64,000 nucleotides of DNA, taken from Hyphomicrobiaceae bacterium. Its GTDB lineage: Bacteria > Pseudomonadota > Alphaproteobacteria > Rhizobiales > Hyphomicrobiaceae. The first letter of the stretch is position 1. The number at the start of each line of letters is the position of its first letter. The stretch lies in NCBI GenBank assembly GCA_035652635.1, contig DASRDL010000143.1:899-64898 (forward strand), read 5' to 3'. The notes beneath the pieces were generated by a model. That model was not told where the DNA came from, did no database searches, and was given only the letters and a program-made list of their open reading frames with translations. Of this stretch, positions 63,164 through 64,000 are shown piece after piece. Position numbers and translations under genes: made by a program.

Positions 63164-64000
63164 ATGAAACGAACGTTGCTCGCGGCTGCCGCCGCGCTCG
63201 CCACCCTCGCGGCCACGACCGGTCTCGCCGGGGCCGCCCAGCAATCCAAGGGCGGCAACGGCGCCCCCCGCTACGTGGTCGATCCGTTCTGGCCCAAGGA
63301 CCTGCCCGAGAACTGGACGCTGGGCCAGGTGGCCGGCATCGCCGTCGACGGCCGGGACAATGTGTGGGTCCTGCACCGGCCGAGGACGCTGGTCGACGAC
63401 GAGAAGGGCGCGCAGAAGACGCCGCCCGAGACGCGCTGCTGCAAGGCGGCGCCGCCCGTGCTGCAGTTCACCGCCGACGGGCGGCTGCTCAAGAGCTGGG
63501 GCGGCCCGGGCCAGGGCTACGAGTGGCCGAAGAACGAGCACGGAATCCACATCGACGGCGAGGGCAACGTCTGGGTCGGCGGCAACGACAAGGACGACCA
63601 GATCCTGAAGTTCACGCCCGACGGCAAGTTCCTGCTCCAGGTCGGCAAGGCCGATACGGCGGGCGGCTCCAACAGCACGACCCGGCTCGGCAGGCCCGCG
63701 CACATGGTGACGGACGATGCCGCGGGCGAGCTCTTCGTCGCCGACGGCTACGGCAACCGCCGCGTCATCGTCTTCGACAGCAAGACCGGGGCCTACAAGC
63801 GCCACTGGGGCGCCTACGGCACCAAGACGCCGACCGACGACAAGCTGCCGGCCTACCAGCCGGTCGCCATCACGGCGCTGTCCAAGTCGTTCGCCAATCC
63901 GGTGCACTGCGTGCGCCTGTCGCGCGACGGCCTGGTCTACGTCTGCGACCGCGCCAACGACCGCATCCAGGTGTTCAAGAAGGACGGGTCGTTCGTGAAG
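63164..64000 (+). CDS. secreted NHL-repeat/beta-propeller protein (3' end outside window)
   Basis: Not in the ORF track because no stop is reached. MKRTLLAAAAALATLAATTGLAGA signal peptide. Repeated propeller-like blades (GIAVDGRDNVWV, GIHIDGEGNVWV, LFVADGYGNRRVIVF, VYVCDRANDRIQVF). ATG 63158 is an alternative start. Confidence 0.75.
   Translation, partial: MKRTLLAAAAALATLAATTGLAGAAQQSKGGNGAPRYVVDPFWPKDLPENWTLGQVAGIAVDGRDNVWVLHRPRTLVDDEKGAQKTPPETRCCKAAPPVLQFTADGRLLKSWGGPGQGYEWPKNEHGIHIDGEGNVWVGGNDKDDQILKFTPDGKFLLQVGKADTAGGSNSTTRLGRPAHMVTDDAAGELFVADGYGNRRVIVFDSKTGAYKRHWGAYGTKTPTDDKLPAYQPVAITALSKSFANPVHCVRLSRDGLVYVCDRANDRIQVFKKDGSFVK

Noticed and set aside
1-64000. A search for tRNA, rRNA, integrase, phage, toxin-antitoxin or known defence-system genes.
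   Set aside because: None were recognised. There is no tRNA-like GGTTCGAATCC arm in intergenic DNA, and there are no nuclease, helicase, ATPase or methyltransferase clusters typical of defence islands. The only mobile-type gene is the RAYT.

Overview
Densely coding 64-kb chromosomal segment from a very GC-rich alphaproteobacterium. Gene content looks Hyphomicrobiales/Rhizobiales-like: plant-type gshA, lutABC, glcDEF, regB-regA-senC and a FixK-type regulator. I can support 61 protein-coding genes, two of them cut by the window edges. I saw no rRNA, tRNA, CRISPR array, integrase or prophage. Left to right: argC fragment, rsmE, gshA, SH3 protein, a tiny Cys-rich secreted peptide, and a cytochrome c-lutABC operon divergent from glcDEF. 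Then ald, crotonase, cysK, GntR, serine hydrolase, acyl-CoA ligase, SDR, porin-like OMP, YcbB-type L,D-transpeptidase, and usp plus a fixK-like gene. Next comes an uncharacterised hydroxy-acid cluster (split UxaA/SuyAB-like dehydratase, GNAT, TarD-like enolase, Ldh_2 dehydrogenase, GntR), a BFD-like ThDP enzyme and a Dpp/Opp-type ABC importer. These are followed by an Fe-S carrier, an FAD oxidoreductase, a 2-hydroxyacid dehydrogenase, a RAYT transposase embedded in REP doublets, an M48 peptidase, phaZ, ABC-2 exporter-senC, regBA, and a Leu-DH-like gene with 2-oxoacid dehydrogenase E1ab/E2. The last part is an 8-kb block: pncB-pncA-kinase-like, a prs paralogue, an orphan divergent groEL, a tandem USP and three unknown small proteins. 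Three TTGA-N6-TCAA FNR/FixK-type boxes punctuate this block. It is followed by a terminator-defined sRNA candidate and an NHL-repeat protein. Non-coding structure is rich. There are 12 REP units in 6 inverted doublets with their RAYT, and a second 115-135 bp palindromic repeat family in 3 copies. There is also a CCCTCCCC/GGGGAGGG hairpin family and a unique pair of covarying ~80-bp hairpins in the lut/glc divergent region. The best candidates for something new are the FixK-box stress/NAD-salvage island, the dehydratase cluster, the covarying double hairpin and the sRNA candidate. All functional calls rest on family motifs I recognised in the translated ORFs; no database search or computation was possible.
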